DNA from: Candidatus Freyarchaeum deiterrae
GTDB lineage: Archaea; Asgardarchaeota; Jordiarchaeia; Jordiarchaeales; Jordiarchaeaceae
Direction of reading: 5' to 3'
DNA length: 64,000 bases
Assembly (NCBI GenBank): GCA_037305845.1
Contig: CP147778.1
Span: 128,001-192,000, forward strand
Position 1 is the stretch's first letter. Every line of letters starts with the position of its first letter. Shown in pieces: positions 1 to 10,480 of this stretch. The position numbers and the translations under genes are program-made. The notes beneath the pieces are model-generated. The model was given only the letters and a program-made list of their open reading frames with translations. It did no database searches and was not told the DNA's origin.

Positions 1-104
1 GGGGGAAGCACTAAATCGTGTATGAGTTTTAAAGCAAAACATCATTTCAGATTTTCCTAGTGAAGTGTAAATTTCTCTAAGAGCCTCTGTTCCTAAGTGA
101 ATGA

Positions 105-812
105 TTAAATCATATAAAGCTTCACTAGACAATGTGGTTTGTATGATTCTTTTAGTTCATAGTCCCATTCATAATTCGAAACCAGTTTAAGAAACTGGCA
201 TATGAATGCGGATGTACCACAATTCAACCTGCCGTCGGGCCGTTTTACCCCCTCATCGAAAGCCTGTCGACATCCGTCCATAGCATAACAATTTGGACTC
301 AATAAGTCTACGCTTCCATCTCCATTTTTCCTGTATCCGAATTCGGGGGGACAAACTTTCATCGCAACCGTGTACTGGTGAAGCTTTGATATAGCATCGT
401 CTACATCAACAACTCTCCCTTCAACGCTTGAGCTTTTAACAGCATCTCTAGAAAAACCCATTGCAGCAACTCGAATTCCCACTCCGATTTGGCCCTGTAA
501 ATCGTTTTCGGTTTTTGCTTGGGCGTATATAATTGCGTTGTAAGCGCGGGGATGTTTTTCACATATTGATATTATATATTTTGCCAATTGGTTCAAGTCT
601 TGGATATCTTCGGGAGACTCTTCTCCAAATTTTTTAGCTATAAATTTCAAGGCATGCATTATGAATCTGTTGGTGAATACGGGACCATACATGTTTTCCT
701 CTTTCTTCTGTGAACCTATAATTAATTCAACAAAGGATTGAGGATCGGGCTGTTCAGACGGAGCCTTAAGCATTACAAAATCTGAAATTTCCAAATCCTT
801 CAATTTCCACAT
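105..812 (-). CDS. Hypothetical protein with C-terminal Cys-rich V4R/methanogen-output-like domain
   Basis: 235-aa ORF; C-terminal NCY..DGC...CG....IC...HC pattern resembles V4R-type metal-binding domains; fold call is tentative. Confidence 0.55.
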   Translation of the reverse strand: MWKLKDLEISDFVMLKAPSEQPDPQSFVELIIGSQKKEENMYGPVFTNRFIMHALKFIAKKFGEESPEDIQDLNQLAKYIISICEKHPRAYNAIIYAQAKTENDLQGQIGVGIRVAAMGFSRDAVKSSSVEGRVVDVDDAISKLHQYTVAMKVCPPEFGYRKNGDGSVDLLSPNCYAMDGCRQAFDEGVKRPDGRLNCGTSAFICQFLKLVSNYEWDYELKESYKPHCLVKLYMI

Positions 813-1329
813 CTCACTTGCGATTAATTTTATCTATATAGTTACATTAAAATAATATTTTTAAATTAATATTTTTTTTCCTACAAGTTTTATAACGAAT
901 CCCATAATTTTTCTAGAATCAATAATAAAGGAAGTGCTTAATCGAGAGTGGTCTAACTTCTCAAAGATGCAATCCCCCTGGGTAAAGTATTATGTTTTAT
1001 GAAAAATTAGCTATGGCTCTATTTTTCACTGTTACTATTATATTAAGAAATTTCAGAGAAAATAGTTTCTCCAAAGATTTTTTATTTGATATTTTTAGAC
1101 TGGTTAATTCAGTTACCTTAACTAGAAATTTGCACGACCATTTTCTAAAGTTGAATAGCGAAATAAGCTGTTTGCCGCAGAATTAATGCACTCAAGTTTA
1201 TTAGTGTGGAAATCCAAAAAAACGTTTAAATATTCAGACATATTATCTAATTCAGTTTATATGTTTACGCCTAAGATTTTAGGCAGTGCATGATTAAAGA
1301 AATTCCAAGCGATGTTGAGAGGTGTTGAT

Positions 1330-2535
1330 ATGGCGGATAAGATTAGTCGTGTTGCAATTATTGGAGCGGGAACGATGGGGTCTGACCTTTCTCTTGAATT
1401 CGCTCTCTGCGACTTTGACGTGGTTGTAAATGATATATCGCAAAAGGCGTTGGATACTCTGGAGAAGAGACAGAGACAAACTATGGACGAACTGCACGCA
1501 CTAAAGTCGCCGCCGAAAGAATCCCAGAAAGAATACGACACAGTTAAAGAGAGAATAACTACCACCAATAAACTCGAGGATGTTAAAGACGCGGATTTCG
1601 TTCTCGAAGCCATAAAAGAGGACTTGAATGTGAAGAGGAAGCTTTTCTCTTATCTCGATGAGAATCTCCCCGGAGTGGTTCTCGCTACGAACACCTCAAG
1701 TCTGAGGGTCTCGGACATAGCTAAGGGATTGGAGGGAGCAGACAGAATCGCGCTTATGCACTTTTCAAATCCATTAATTATAAGCCGTTTGGCTGAGATT
1801 ATGAAGGGAGAAGAAACTAGCGAGGAAACCTTGGAAACCATTTCCCGGTTAGCTGAAAGGATAGGGAAAACTCCTGTGGTCCTAAGGAAGGATATGAACG
1901 GAGCTGTTATGAACAGAATTCTCGTAAGCATTAATAATGATGGCTTAATGGCACTCGATAAAGGAGAGGCAACACAAAAGGAGATAGACGCCTCATTCTT
2001 CAGAGCGATTGGATTCATACTGGGAATGACTGGAACCATCGATGTAGTTGGATTAGACGTTGCGGTAGACGTAGGCCGGTATTTAGGTAGGGCTTATGGT
2101 AAGCGCCTCGTACCCTCCGTTGGAGTGGTGTTAGAGAATGTTAAGGCGGGAAGATTGGGGAAGAAGAGCGGCATAGGATTCAACGATTGGAGTAAAGGGC
2201 CTCCCGTAGCAGACAAAAAACTTGCGAGCAGGTATGATGATAATAGAATATTTGCCATGGGGGCGAACGAAGCCTTCTGGGTAATGAAGGACCAGATGGC
2301 TGACCCCAAAACAATAGACACCATCCTAAAAGGCGGCTTCAGGTTACGAACTGGAATATGCGAGTCGGCAGACTCCATAGGTTTAGATAAACTGAGCGAA
2401 ATCCTGAAGGGACTATACGCAAAGTATGAATTAGAAATGTATGAGACCTGCCCCCTGTTCGATGAATATGTAAAGAAAGGTTGGACAGGTAAAGCAGCCG
2501 GAAGAGGATTCTACACTTATCCAATCGAGTCTTAA
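1330..2535 (+). CDS. 3-hydroxyacyl-CoA dehydrogenase family protein (duplicated C-terminal domain)
   Basis: GAGTMG Rossmann motif, EAIKE, TNTSS, MHFSNP..L.E, two G.K.G.GF motifs; ATG 1330 follows GAGGTG. Confidence 0.93.
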   Translation: MADKISRVAIIGAGTMGSDLSLEFALCDFDVVVNDISQKALDTLEKRQRQTMDELHALKSPPKESQKEYDTVKERITTTNKLEDVKDADFVLEAIKEDLNVKRKLFSYLDENLPGVVLATNTSSLRVSDIAKGLEGADRIALMHFSNPLIISRLAEIMKGEETSEETLETISRLAERIGKTPVVLRKDMNGAVMNRILVSINNDGLMALDKGEATQKEIDASFFRAIGFILGMTGTIDVVGLDVAVDVGRYLGRAYGKRLVPSVGVVLENVKAGRLGKKSGIGFNDWSKGPPVADKKLASRYDDNRIFAMGANEAFWVMKDQMADPKTIDTILKGGFRLRTGICESADSIGLDKLSEILKGLYAKYELEMYETCPLFDEYVKKGWTGKAAGRGFYTYPIES

Positions 2536-2994
2536 GCCGTTAAGTTCAGCACCTAAAACAAACTGAACTGAAAATCGCCCAAGGTTACTTAAAGAAGGAG
2601 TAAAAACCTTCTCTCCTATTTTTTGGTGTAGTTGATTATTGAAAATTAGAGAATATTAAAAGCGCTACTTCATAAAATTTTGTGAATGCATTTTATTGGA
2701 AAATCTTTCAAGAATTTATGTCACGCTACATTTCTGACTAGGGTTGCGTAAAATCGCTAAACTAAGAATAGTTAGTTTCTAATCAAGCTAAGGTTCATTT
2801 GCATCGTTTTAGAAAGAAACAAATCCACCTTTCATTTTCTTAAGTTCTCTCAAATTCCTCTTCTAGCTCTCTTTTCACATTTCTTTTTGACTTAATCTAG
2901 AATGAATATTAACCAAAAAGGTACCTTCCAAAGGAAAAAATTACACTTTATTTTCGCAATAACTTTTTATTCTTTAAGGAGGTGAGGTTATACT

Positions 2995-3207
2995 ATGAAG
3001 TTTAGAGTTGTTATTGAACTCGATGAAGACGGGATTTACGTTGCTCAAGTGCCCTCCCTTCCCGGCTGCATTTCCCAAGGAAAAACCAGAGCGGAAGCCT
3101 TGGAAAACATAAAGGATGCAATAAAAGGTTATATCGAAAGCTTGAGAAAACACGGGGAACCCATACCTCCAAGTATTGAGGAAGAGCTAGTTGATGTGAA
3201 TGTCTAA
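2995..3207 (+). CDS. hicB: HicB family antitoxin
   Basis: YVAQVPSLPGCISQGKTRAEALENIKDAI signature; overlaps downstream hicA. Confidence 0.93.
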   Translation: MKFRVVIELDEDGIYVAQVPSLPGCISQGKTRAEALENIKDAIKGYIESLRKHGEPIPPSIEEELVDVNV

Positions 3208-3424
3208 GCTTCCAGTAGTTTCAGCACAAAAAGTTGTAAAGGCTCTCAGCAAAATAGGATACGAATTTGACCATCAAACCGGAAGTCACATAATTCTAAG
3301 GCAAAGAGATTTTCCACACAGAAGATTAACTATTCCAAATCACAAGGAGATATCTAGGGGAACCCTAAGGGCAATAATCAAAGAAGCCGGGTTAACCGTG
3401 GACGAATTCGTAAAACTACTCTAA
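3200..3424 (+). CDS. hicA: HicA family mRNA interferase toxin
   Basis: QTGSH, TIPNH, GTLRAII motifs; 74 aa. Confidence 0.93.
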   Translation: MSKLPVVSAQKVVKALSKIGYEFDHQTGSHIILRQRDFPHRRLTIPNHKEISRGTLRAIIKEAGLTVDEFVKLL

Positions 3425-3738
3425 TTTCGAGAGTCTTAAGCAGATAAGAGTTTTTTAGCTTGAGATATTTAATCGCTTATCTTTTGTTTTCCTTGTAATC
3501 GACTTATGCTTTTAGGGTTCCACATTCCCTTATTTCTATTAACGGTCAACTGCATCTCTCCAGTAAATTAAAAAAAGGATTTTTATGAATAGAGAGAAAC
3601 CGGTATATCTAAACTTGATTAAAACAAATAACATATATGAGAATAAAAAATTTGGAAAACCGTTTAGGATAGTTAAGGAAATAGTTTCACAATATTACAA
3701 AATGAAGGTTAAGGAGTATCGTGTTTTTCAAGTTGTAG

Positions 3739-5229
3739 TTACTCTTTAACTTCGAGTAACTGATCTTTTTCTATTCCAGCTATTCTCTTAGCCAGTTTCT
3801 TTTTGAAGTCCATGTTCACTTCTCTTTCGATCATAATCCTTTGTGATTGTGGTGAACCTGCACCGTGCATTGATTCAGTTCGGTATCCAACGGCTCCCAG
3901 TCCCATTGTTAGGTTTTCTATGAGCCTGAGCATGCGTAGTCTGTCCTCAGTTGGGCATCCACTAACGCCCTTTAGGTATTTCTCCACGAATTTACCTATT
4001 TTGGGATTTTTGAGATCTTTCTCCGATGGAGCAGTTACCAGCAGGCCGCCCGCGATGTCTTCTGCCAGTCGGGCAATCTCGTAGGGAAACCTGGTTACGT
4101 TGTGCTTGCAGATGTTCGCTAATAGGGTGTTAACAAAGTAGGTTCCTGATGGTTTTTTACATCCTTCCGAGGAGCATGCTATTCCGCAGGAGTATATTGT
4201 TTCGTTCAGGTGATTCATTTCAACGAGTTTGTCTTTTACGCTTGATGCTCCTGACGTTCCGTTATACTCGGCGATGTTGGCTGTTGCACCTATCAGTACG
4301 TCGCCCACACCGGATTTGCATCCGCCGTAGCTTTGTCTGTGATAAGCTGAGAAAGTATCAACAAGTGGCCATGCGAACTCGTACTCTCCGCACATGAAGA
4401 CTCTCTCCCAGGGCACAAAGACATCGTCGAAAACTATCATCACTTCCTGCCCTCCGTACGTCGGATTCCCCATGTCAAATTCTCCTCCTTCGAGTTTTCT
4501 TGTATCGCATGATTGTCTGCCGTAGATGTAAATCAGTCCTTCGGTGTCGCTTGGAACCGCGAAGGAAACAGCATAATCCTTATCGTCCTCACGCATGGTA
4601 CGGGTCGGCATAACAATTATTTCATGAGAGTTAACTCCACCGGTTTGGTGAACTTTTGAACCTCTAACCACGATGCCGTCGTCTCGTCTCTCAACAACCC
4701 TCAGATACATGTCGGGGTCCGCTTGCTGGCTGGGTCTCAAGTTTCTATCCCCTTTTGGGTCGGTCATAGCACCGCAGCACACGAGGTCATTTTCTTGAAC
4801 ATATCTCAAGTATTGATTGAATCTATCATAATATGTGGTTCCCAGCTTTTGATCCATTTCAAAGGTTATGATTGAGAGAGCGTTGAGGGAGTCCCATCCT
4901 ACGCATCGTTGAAAACACGTGCCAGTTTTTTGGCCTAATATCCGCTGTAATTTCACTTTCTTAATTAGGTCTTCGATATTCTGATGAATGTGTGTAAAAC
5001 GATTAATCTTTTCTCCCGTGAGGTGGGATGTTGCAGTGGCAATATCCTCATATTTTGGGTCGTTTGCCACTTCGTAGGTAGCGGCGATAGAATTGATTGA
5101 TGGTCTTATGACCGGGTTGTCGACTGGGTTTTTTACCTGCTCCCCGAACAGATATACGTTAAGTCTTCGCTTACGTAGGCTTTCTATATAGTCTTCTCTA
5201 GTTTTTAGAGTTATTTTAACCACCACCAA
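3739..5229 (-). CDS. abfD: 4-hydroxybutyryl-CoA dehydratase (FAD, [4Fe-4S])
   Basis: TGTCFQRCVG (two cluster Cys), AMTDPKGDR, YHRQSYGGCK (His and Cys ligands), ESMHGAGSP; exact start uncertain. Confidence 0.88.
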   Translation of the reverse strand: MVVVKITLKTREDYIESLRKRRLNVYLFGEQVKNPVDNPVIRPSINSIAATYEVANDPKYEDIATATSHLTGEKINRFTHIHQNIEDLIKKVKLQRILGQKTGTCFQRCVGWDSLNALSIITFEMDQKLGTTYYDRFNQYLRYVQENDLVCCGAMTDPKGDRNLRPSQQADPDMYLRVVERRDDGIVVRGSKVHQTGGVNSHEIIVMPTRTMREDDKDYAVSFAVPSDTEGLIYIYGRQSCDTRKLEGGEFDMGNPTYGGQEVMIVFDDVFVPWERVFMCGEYEFAWPLVDTFSAYHRQSYGGCKSGVGDVLIGATANIAEYNGTSGASSVKDKLVEMNHLNETIYSCGIACSSEGCKKPSGTYFVNTLLANICKHNVTRFPYEIARLAEDIAGGLLVTAPSEKDLKNPKIGKFVEKYLKGVSGCPTEDRLRMLRLIENLTMGLGAVGYRTESMHGAGSPQSQRIMIEREVNMDFKKKLAKRIAGIEKDQLLEVKE

Positions 5230-5370
5230 TTACTCAAAGTCATATTTCATCTTCGACAGATAATTCCTCACTATTAAGTGTTTGGGGTCTACGCTAAGCG
5301 GATTCAGTCAAATTTAAAAGAAGGATAAATGGGATAATACTCAGCTTGGATTTGGAGAGGTGAATTCAAC

Positions 5371-6168
5371 ATGCCTTCAGTTAATGTTAATGGTTTAAAG
5401 ACGTTCTATGAATCCAAAGGAGAAGGGAGACCATTGCTTCTGATACACGGAGCTGGTGGTACCAACGCGTACTGGGGTATCCAGCTTTCCGAACTATCAA
5501 AGAAGCTTAGAGTTATTGCCATCGATCTGCCGGGGCATGGAAAGACCGAGCACCTGAAAGAAAAGGCTACTACAGAACGATACGCTGAACATGTAGCTGG
5601 TTTCATGAAGCAGATTAAACTTAACCATGCAACTATACTGGGCCACTCAATGGGTGGAATTATAGTTCAACAACTAGCCTTGAAACATTCCGAGCTGTTC
5701 GAGAAACTCATTATAGTTGACAGCTCTGCTAATTTTCCTGGTCTACCCGGAACTTCGAACCAACCCGGAAATTCGGAAGCCCTTCGCAACTTCTTTCTCA
5801 ATCAACCACCTGAGGTGCTTCAGAGGGTAATTATATCTAGGCTTTTCTCTAAGAAAACGCTCGAAGAAGGACACCTATCCCCCTTGCTGAAATACCTTCC
5901 GCAGGACGCGGTTTCTGACCCTAGCATTTGGGTTACCGATTTTGAGGCTGGACGGGGAGTGGACTTGAGAGAGAAGATTAAAGATATCAAGATTCCAACA
6001 CTGATAATGGCAGGGGCAGATTCCCTAATTCCCATCTCAATGGCCCAGCTCATGCATGAAAACATTAAGGGTTCGGTGCTTGAAGTGATTCCCGATGCAG
6101 GGCACATGCTTATGCTGGAAAAACCAGACCTATTTAACGAGGCTATTCTAAGGTTCATTGAATCGTGA
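5371..6168 (+). CDS. Alpha/beta hydrolase (copy 1)
   Basis: IHGAGG, IDLPGHG, GHSMGG nucleophile elbow, DAGH catalytic His. Confidence 0.92.
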   Translation: MPSVNVNGLKTFYESKGEGRPLLLIHGAGGTNAYWGIQLSELSKKLRVIAIDLPGHGKTEHLKEKATTERYAEHVAGFMKQIKLNHATILGHSMGGIIVQQLALKHSELFEKLIIVDSSANFPGLPGTSNQPGNSEALRNFFLNQPPEVLQRVIISRLFSKKTLEEGHLSPLLKYLPQDAVSDPSIWVTDFEAGRGVDLREKIKDIKIPTLIMAGADSLIPISMAQLMHENIKGSVLEVIPDAGHMLMLEKPDLFNEAILRFIES

Positions 6169-6298
6169 TTTTCGTCAACCTACTTTTTTTATCACATAAT
6201 TCATTTGGAGTGGAGTCTACAAAGTTTAGTCAGCTAAATTTAAAAGAAGCATTAATGAGATAATACTTTAAGCTTGGATTTGAAGAGGTTAATTCGAC

Positions 6299-7066
6299 AT
6301 GCCTTTAGTTAATGTTAATGGCTTGAAGACATTTTACGAGTCCAAAGGGAAAGGAAGACCATTGATTCTGATACATGGGGCGGGTGGCAGCAGTGAGTAC
6401 TGGGATATTCAGCTTTCCGAACTCTCAAAGAAGCTCAGAGTCATTGCTATCGATTTGCCGGGGCATGGAAAGTCCGAGCGCCTGAAAGAAAGGGTATCCA
6501 TAGAGCAGTACGCTGAGCACGTAGCTGGTTTCGTAAAGCAAATTAAACTCGACCAAGCGATTATATTAGGTCACTCAATGGGTGGACTGGTGGTTCAGCA
6601 ACTAGCCTTAAAGCATCCTGAGCTAATCGAGAAACTCATTATAGTTGACAGCTCTGCTAAGTTTCCCGGTTCCGGTTCACTGGGATTTGCGGATCTCGTT
6701 CGCAACCAACCTGAAAAGCTTAGCGAACTCTTGCCCATGTTCTTTTCTAAGAAAACCCGCTCAGAAGGGAACTTGGCTTCAATACTGAAACACCTTGAGC
6801 CGAGTTCGGTTTTTGACCCTAACATTGTAGCTGACGATTTTGAGGCCACAGATGCGGTAGACTTAAGAGAGAAGATTAAAGGGATCACTGTTCCAACACT
6901 GATAATGGTTGGAGCAGAGGACATACTTCCCCTCTCACTGTCACAATTTCTCCATGAAAGCATCAAGGAATCGGAGATTGAAATAATTCCCGACGCAGGG
7001 CACCTGCCCATGCTTGAAAAACCAGACGAATTTAACAAGGCTATTCTAAGGTTCATTGAATCATGA
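6299..7066 (+). CDS. Alpha/beta hydrolase (copy 2, tandem paralog)
   Basis: Same motifs as 5371-6168; near-identical N- and C-termini and upstream DNA, divergent cap region. Confidence 0.92.
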   Translation: MPLVNVNGLKTFYESKGKGRPLILIHGAGGSSEYWDIQLSELSKKLRVIAIDLPGHGKSERLKERVSIEQYAEHVAGFVKQIKLDQAIILGHSMGGLVVQQLALKHPELIEKLIIVDSSAKFPGSGSLGFADLVRNQPEKLSELLPMFFSKKTRSEGNLASILKHLEPSSVFDPNIVADDFEATDAVDLREKIKGITVPTLIMVGAEDILPLSLSQFLHESIKESEIEIIPDAGHLPMLEKPDEFNKAILRFIES

Positions 7067-7165
7067 TTTTCGTGAACCTAATCCTTTTATTTTATAATTC
7101 AGTTAGGCGGGGAAAGAGTTTAAAAAGTAATAATTGATTGTTTTCTTAATCATGAGTTGTAGTGG

Positions 7166-7750
7166 ATGATTATGCCCGGTAAAAAAGTTTTGATTGCTTA
7201 CGGTACTCGTTATGGAAGCACGGAAGAAATTTCCCAAGAGATTGGGAAGATTTTGAAAAAAGAGGGACTGGAAGTTCAAATTGTTGATCTTAAGAAAACG
7301 AAGTCTAAGGAATGGCCTTCTTTGACACCGTTTGATGGAGTTCTAGTCGGGTCTAGTGTTAAGATGTTCAGATGGATGAATGAGCCCCAGGAATTTCTCA
7401 AGAAACACAAAGCGGAAATCCAGAAGAAAGAGAAGATTCTTGGCGTGTTTGTGAGTTGTGGCATGGCTTCGGTTCCAGAAACTTGCGAGAAGGCGAAGAG
7501 TGATGAAGTGGAGAAAATTTTGGCTAAGATAGGAATTGAAGCGGATATTTATGATGCCTTCGGAGGAGTTTACGATTTTTCTGAATCTTCGAGAATGAGT
7601 GGCATGGACAAAAGAATGATGAAGATGGGCTTAAAACAAATGGAAAAAGATTATGGTATGAAAATAGATGAAGAGGGAAAAAATGATTTTCGGGACTGGG
7701 AACAGATTCAGAATTTCGCAAAAAAATTTGCAGCAATGGTAAAGAAATAA
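7166..7750 (+). CDS. Flavodoxin-domain protein (HemG-like / Flavodoxin_5), copy 1
   Basis: IAYGTRYGSTEEI FMN loop, VLVGSS, AFGG, DFRDW. Confidence 0.88.
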   Translation: MIMPGKKVLIAYGTRYGSTEEISQEIGKILKKEGLEVQIVDLKKTKSKEWPSLTPFDGVLVGSSVKMFRWMNEPQEFLKKHKAEIQKKEKILGVFVSCGMASVPETCEKAKSDEVEKILAKIGIEADIYDAFGGVYDFSESSRMSGMDKRMMKMGLKQMEKDYGMKIDEEGKNDFRDWEQIQNFAKKFAAMVKK

Positions 7751-7775
7751 ATGGATATCATTTGTGAAACAAGAA

Positions 7776-7872
7776 TTCGGTGCTTGAAGTGATTCCCGAC
7801 GCAGGGCACATGCTTATGCTGGAAAAACCAGATGAATTCAACGCAGCTATTCTAAGGTTCATTGAAGCATAA
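7776..7872 (+). pseudogene. Orphan 3' fragment of alpha/beta hydrolase gene
   Basis: Encodes SVLEVIPDAGHMLMLEKPDEFNAAILRFIEA*, nearly identical to the ends of both hydrolases; no start codon. Confidence 0.88.
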
Positions 7873-7972
7873 TTTTTGCTACCTAACCCTTTTTTCACAG
7901 CATATCTCATTTAGGCTAGGAAAGAGTTTTAAATTAATAATTGATTGTTCTTTTAATCATGAGTTGTAGTGG

Positions 7973-8557
7973 ATGATTATGCCCGGCAAAAAAGTTTTGA
8001 TTGCTTATGGTACTCGTTTTGGGAGCACGGAGGAGATTTCCCAAGAGATTGGGAAGATTTTGGAAAAAGAGGGACTGGAAGTTCAACTAGTTGATCTTAA
8101 GAAAACGAAATCTAAGGAATGGCCTTCTCTGGAAAACTTTCATGGAGTTCTAGTCGGGTCCAGTATTGCGATGGGTAAGTGGATGAATGAGCCCCAAGAA
8201 TTTCTCAAGAAACACAAAGCTGAAATCCAGAAGAAAGAGAAGATTCTGGGCTTGTTTGTGTGTTGTGGCTCGGCTTCGTTTCCCGAAACATGTGAGCAGG
8301 GGAAGAGTGATTACTTGGAAAAAGTTATGGCCAAAATAGGAATCGAAGCGGATATTTATGAAGCCTTCGGAGGAGTTTATGATTTTTCTGAATCCTCAAG
8401 AGTGAGTGGCATGGCTAAAGGAGCGCTGAAGATGGCAGCGAAATATATGAACAAAAATCAAGGTACGCAAATAGATTTGAACGGAAGGAATGATTTCCGA
8501 GACTGGGAGCAGATTCAGAATTTTGCAAGAAAATTTGCAGCGATAGTAAAGAAGTAA
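7973..8557 (+). CDS. Flavodoxin-domain protein (HemG-like), copy 2
   Basis: 194 aa, highly similar to 7166-7750. Confidence 0.88.
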   Translation: MIMPGKKVLIAYGTRFGSTEEISQEIGKILEKEGLEVQLVDLKKTKSKEWPSLENFHGVLVGSSIAMGKWMNEPQEFLKKHKAEIQKKEKILGLFVCCGSASFPETCEQGKSDYLEKVMAKIGIEADIYEAFGGVYDFSESSRVSGMAKGALKMAAKYMNKNQGTQIDLNGRNDFRDWEQIQNFARKFAAIVKK

Positions 8558-8645
8558 ATGGATACCATTTGTTAAAACAAGAAAGAAGTCTGTGGGAAAC
8601 CAAAATCAAACCCTTACTTAATCTTACCTTGACAGCGCCTATTTT

Positions 8646-10109
8646 TTATTTTACTCTGTATATTATGACTCCCTGGGAGAGGAGTGGAAGTTCGATTTCG
8701 TAGAGTGGACTTGTTTGAAGGTGTGCTAAAACTATTGGAGACACATAGTCTGATAGGCTTACACAGATTGCTCTAACATATCCACTTTGAGCCAAGGCAT
8801 CAACCGCAGATGGTAAGTCTGGTATCCAAAGGCACACTCTGTCTGTATACTGCCTGGCCATAGGGTAAGTGTTTGTGAGTATTACCTGCCAAGGAAGTGT
8901 GGTGTACTTCAAGTATTCGTAGGCGGGGATTGGTGCTGAAAGTTCGGCCATAGTGCGTACAGCGTAAACTCCTACTATGCCTGTGGAAAGGTTAAGGAGA
9001 ATCAAGAGAATTGCTAGTTTTTTCCTGCCCTTAAGAAAGCTTTTTCCATTTTTGAGTTGAAACTCGTTTGTTAGCATCATTGCTAGGCCTAATCCGGTGA
9101 GTATACTAACCGCTGGTAGCGAGGTTTGATTGTACCTTAGGAAGTCTACGAGGCGGGCGTCTGAATTAATTAGAGGGTAGACTACAAGGAACAATGCCAC
9201 CCAGAGGATTAGGGATATTGCCTGAGTTGTTTTCCACTCCTTTTTTATAGCTAAAAAGAAGTACGGGAAGAGGAAGAGGGATACAAAAAATGGAGCTGCT
9301 GCAAAAGCAATTGTCTCTAGGTCCCAGAGAATTGTCTGTGTAGCTGTTTGTGGAAGGATTTGGATAAGGGTTCTACTCCAGTACTGGTTTATAGTGGAGT
9401 ACACACTGAGTAGACCGAAATAACTTGTAGTAATCATTTGACTGTAAAGAAGCCAAGGTAATACAGTTAGAAAGGAGCAAAGCAAACCCAAGTAGAGCCA
9501 GGGTGACTTAATGGTTCTGATAGTTCCCTTTGACGCAATAATATAAGCGAGACCAACGAAGGCTATGAGAATCCCGGGGTATCTTGAGAGAAAGCTTAGG
9601 GCTAATGAAACTCCTGCTGGTATGTAGTACTTTGTGTTCTTCTGAGCCCTTACCAAACACAGTAAAAAGAGCGTTGAGAAGAGTATGAATGGAATCTCTG
9701 TAAGTAGTCCTAAGAGAAAAGAAAAGCCGAGACAACCGCTTGTTAGAGCTAGGGTGGCGTATTTTCCGACACTTTCACTGTAAAGCTCCTTTCCAAGCAG
9801 GTATACAACATACAGGGCGGGCAAAGTAATAAGATAAACAACATATTGTGCAACTATGATATTTGGTCCTGTTAAGAGATAGGCGAAGTATAATGTGAAG
9901 GTGAGGAGGGCAGGTCTTGAGAAATCGAGTAATTGCTGGATGCTGTAGATGTAATGAACGCCGAAGTAGTAAAAGTCACTTGCCAGATTGACGTATACAG
10001 CTTCATCCCAAGTTAGAGGCACGGGAACAGCTGCTAAAACGCCTCTAGCCACTGTGATTAGTATTATGACTTTTATCGTCCAGTCAAGTTCTCTAAGCCG
10101 CCCCAGCAT
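8646..10109 (-). CDS. GT-C fold membrane glycosyltransferase (PMT/ArnT-like)
   Basis: LTWDEAVY acidic motif after TM1, RP motif, SRY, about 12 hydrophobic helices. Confidence 0.82.
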   Translation of the reverse strand: MLGRLRELDWTIKVIILITVARGVLAAVPVPLTWDEAVYVNLASDFYYFGVHYIYSIQQLLDFSRPALLTFTLYFAYLLTGPNIIVAQYVVYLITLPALYVVYLLGKELYSESVGKYATLALTSGCLGFSFLLGLLTEIPFILFSTLFLLCLVRAQKNTKYYIPAGVSLALSFLSRYPGILIAFVGLAYIIASKGTIRTIKSPWLYLGLLCSFLTVLPWLLYSQMITTSYFGLLSVYSTINQYWSRTLIQILPQTATQTILWDLETIAFAAAPFFVSLFLFPYFFLAIKKEWKTTQAISLILWVALFLVVYPLINSDARLVDFLRYNQTSLPAVSILTGLGLAMMLTNEFQLKNGKSFLKGRKKLAILLILLNLSTGIVGVYAVRTMAELSAPIPAYEYLKYTTLPWQVILTNTYPMARQYTDRVCLWIPDLPSAVDALAQSGYVRAICVSLSDYVSPIVLAHLQTSPLYEIELPLLSQGVIIYRVK

Positions 10110-10480
10110 TTTAACCACCAAAAACGATTCTTATTTGAGTTCAAGTTATATAAAAACTATTCTGTGTAATTGGGGGTGAAACTGGTTTTCCTGTGATTTT
10201 TAAGAGAAACTAAAACCATAAACAGTTAATTTTCTCCTCCTCCTGCATAAACCTTGCAATCAGCTAGGAATGAATTCTTAATTTCCAATCTGTACCTAGA
10301 AAAATAGAAAAAAATGAGCTAATTGTGGGTTGATTTTTCGGTTATAACGCATTCTTATTTCGAGTTATGAAACTGAGAAGCCAATATACTTTCTAATTGG
10401 TTATTCCACGAGTTAACGGTCCGATTTTTAAATAATTAACTTAAAAAAAAATAAAAGAGACTTGCCGACTCTTAGTTTTA

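Larger units (their letters stand above)
6969..8583 (+). repeat. Diverged tandem duplication of ~807 bp (hydrolase 3' end plus flavodoxin gene)
   Basis: 6969-7775 aligns by eye with 7776-8583, including intergenic DNA and the post-stop atggata.catttgt..aacaagaa tail. Confidence 0.85.

Noticed and set aside
992-1186. Short ORFs in AT-rich intergenic DNA (also 28356-28538, 43846-44031, 51566-51820, 59113-59328)
   Set aside because: No recognisable motifs or ribosome-binding sites; they overlap probable promoter regions
3739-5229. 4-hydroxyphenylacetate 3-monooxygenase, or proof of an autotrophic 4-hydroxybutyrate cycle
   Set aside because: The Fe-S ligand motifs indicate AbfD; AbfD alone also serves fermentation and no carboxylase is in the window
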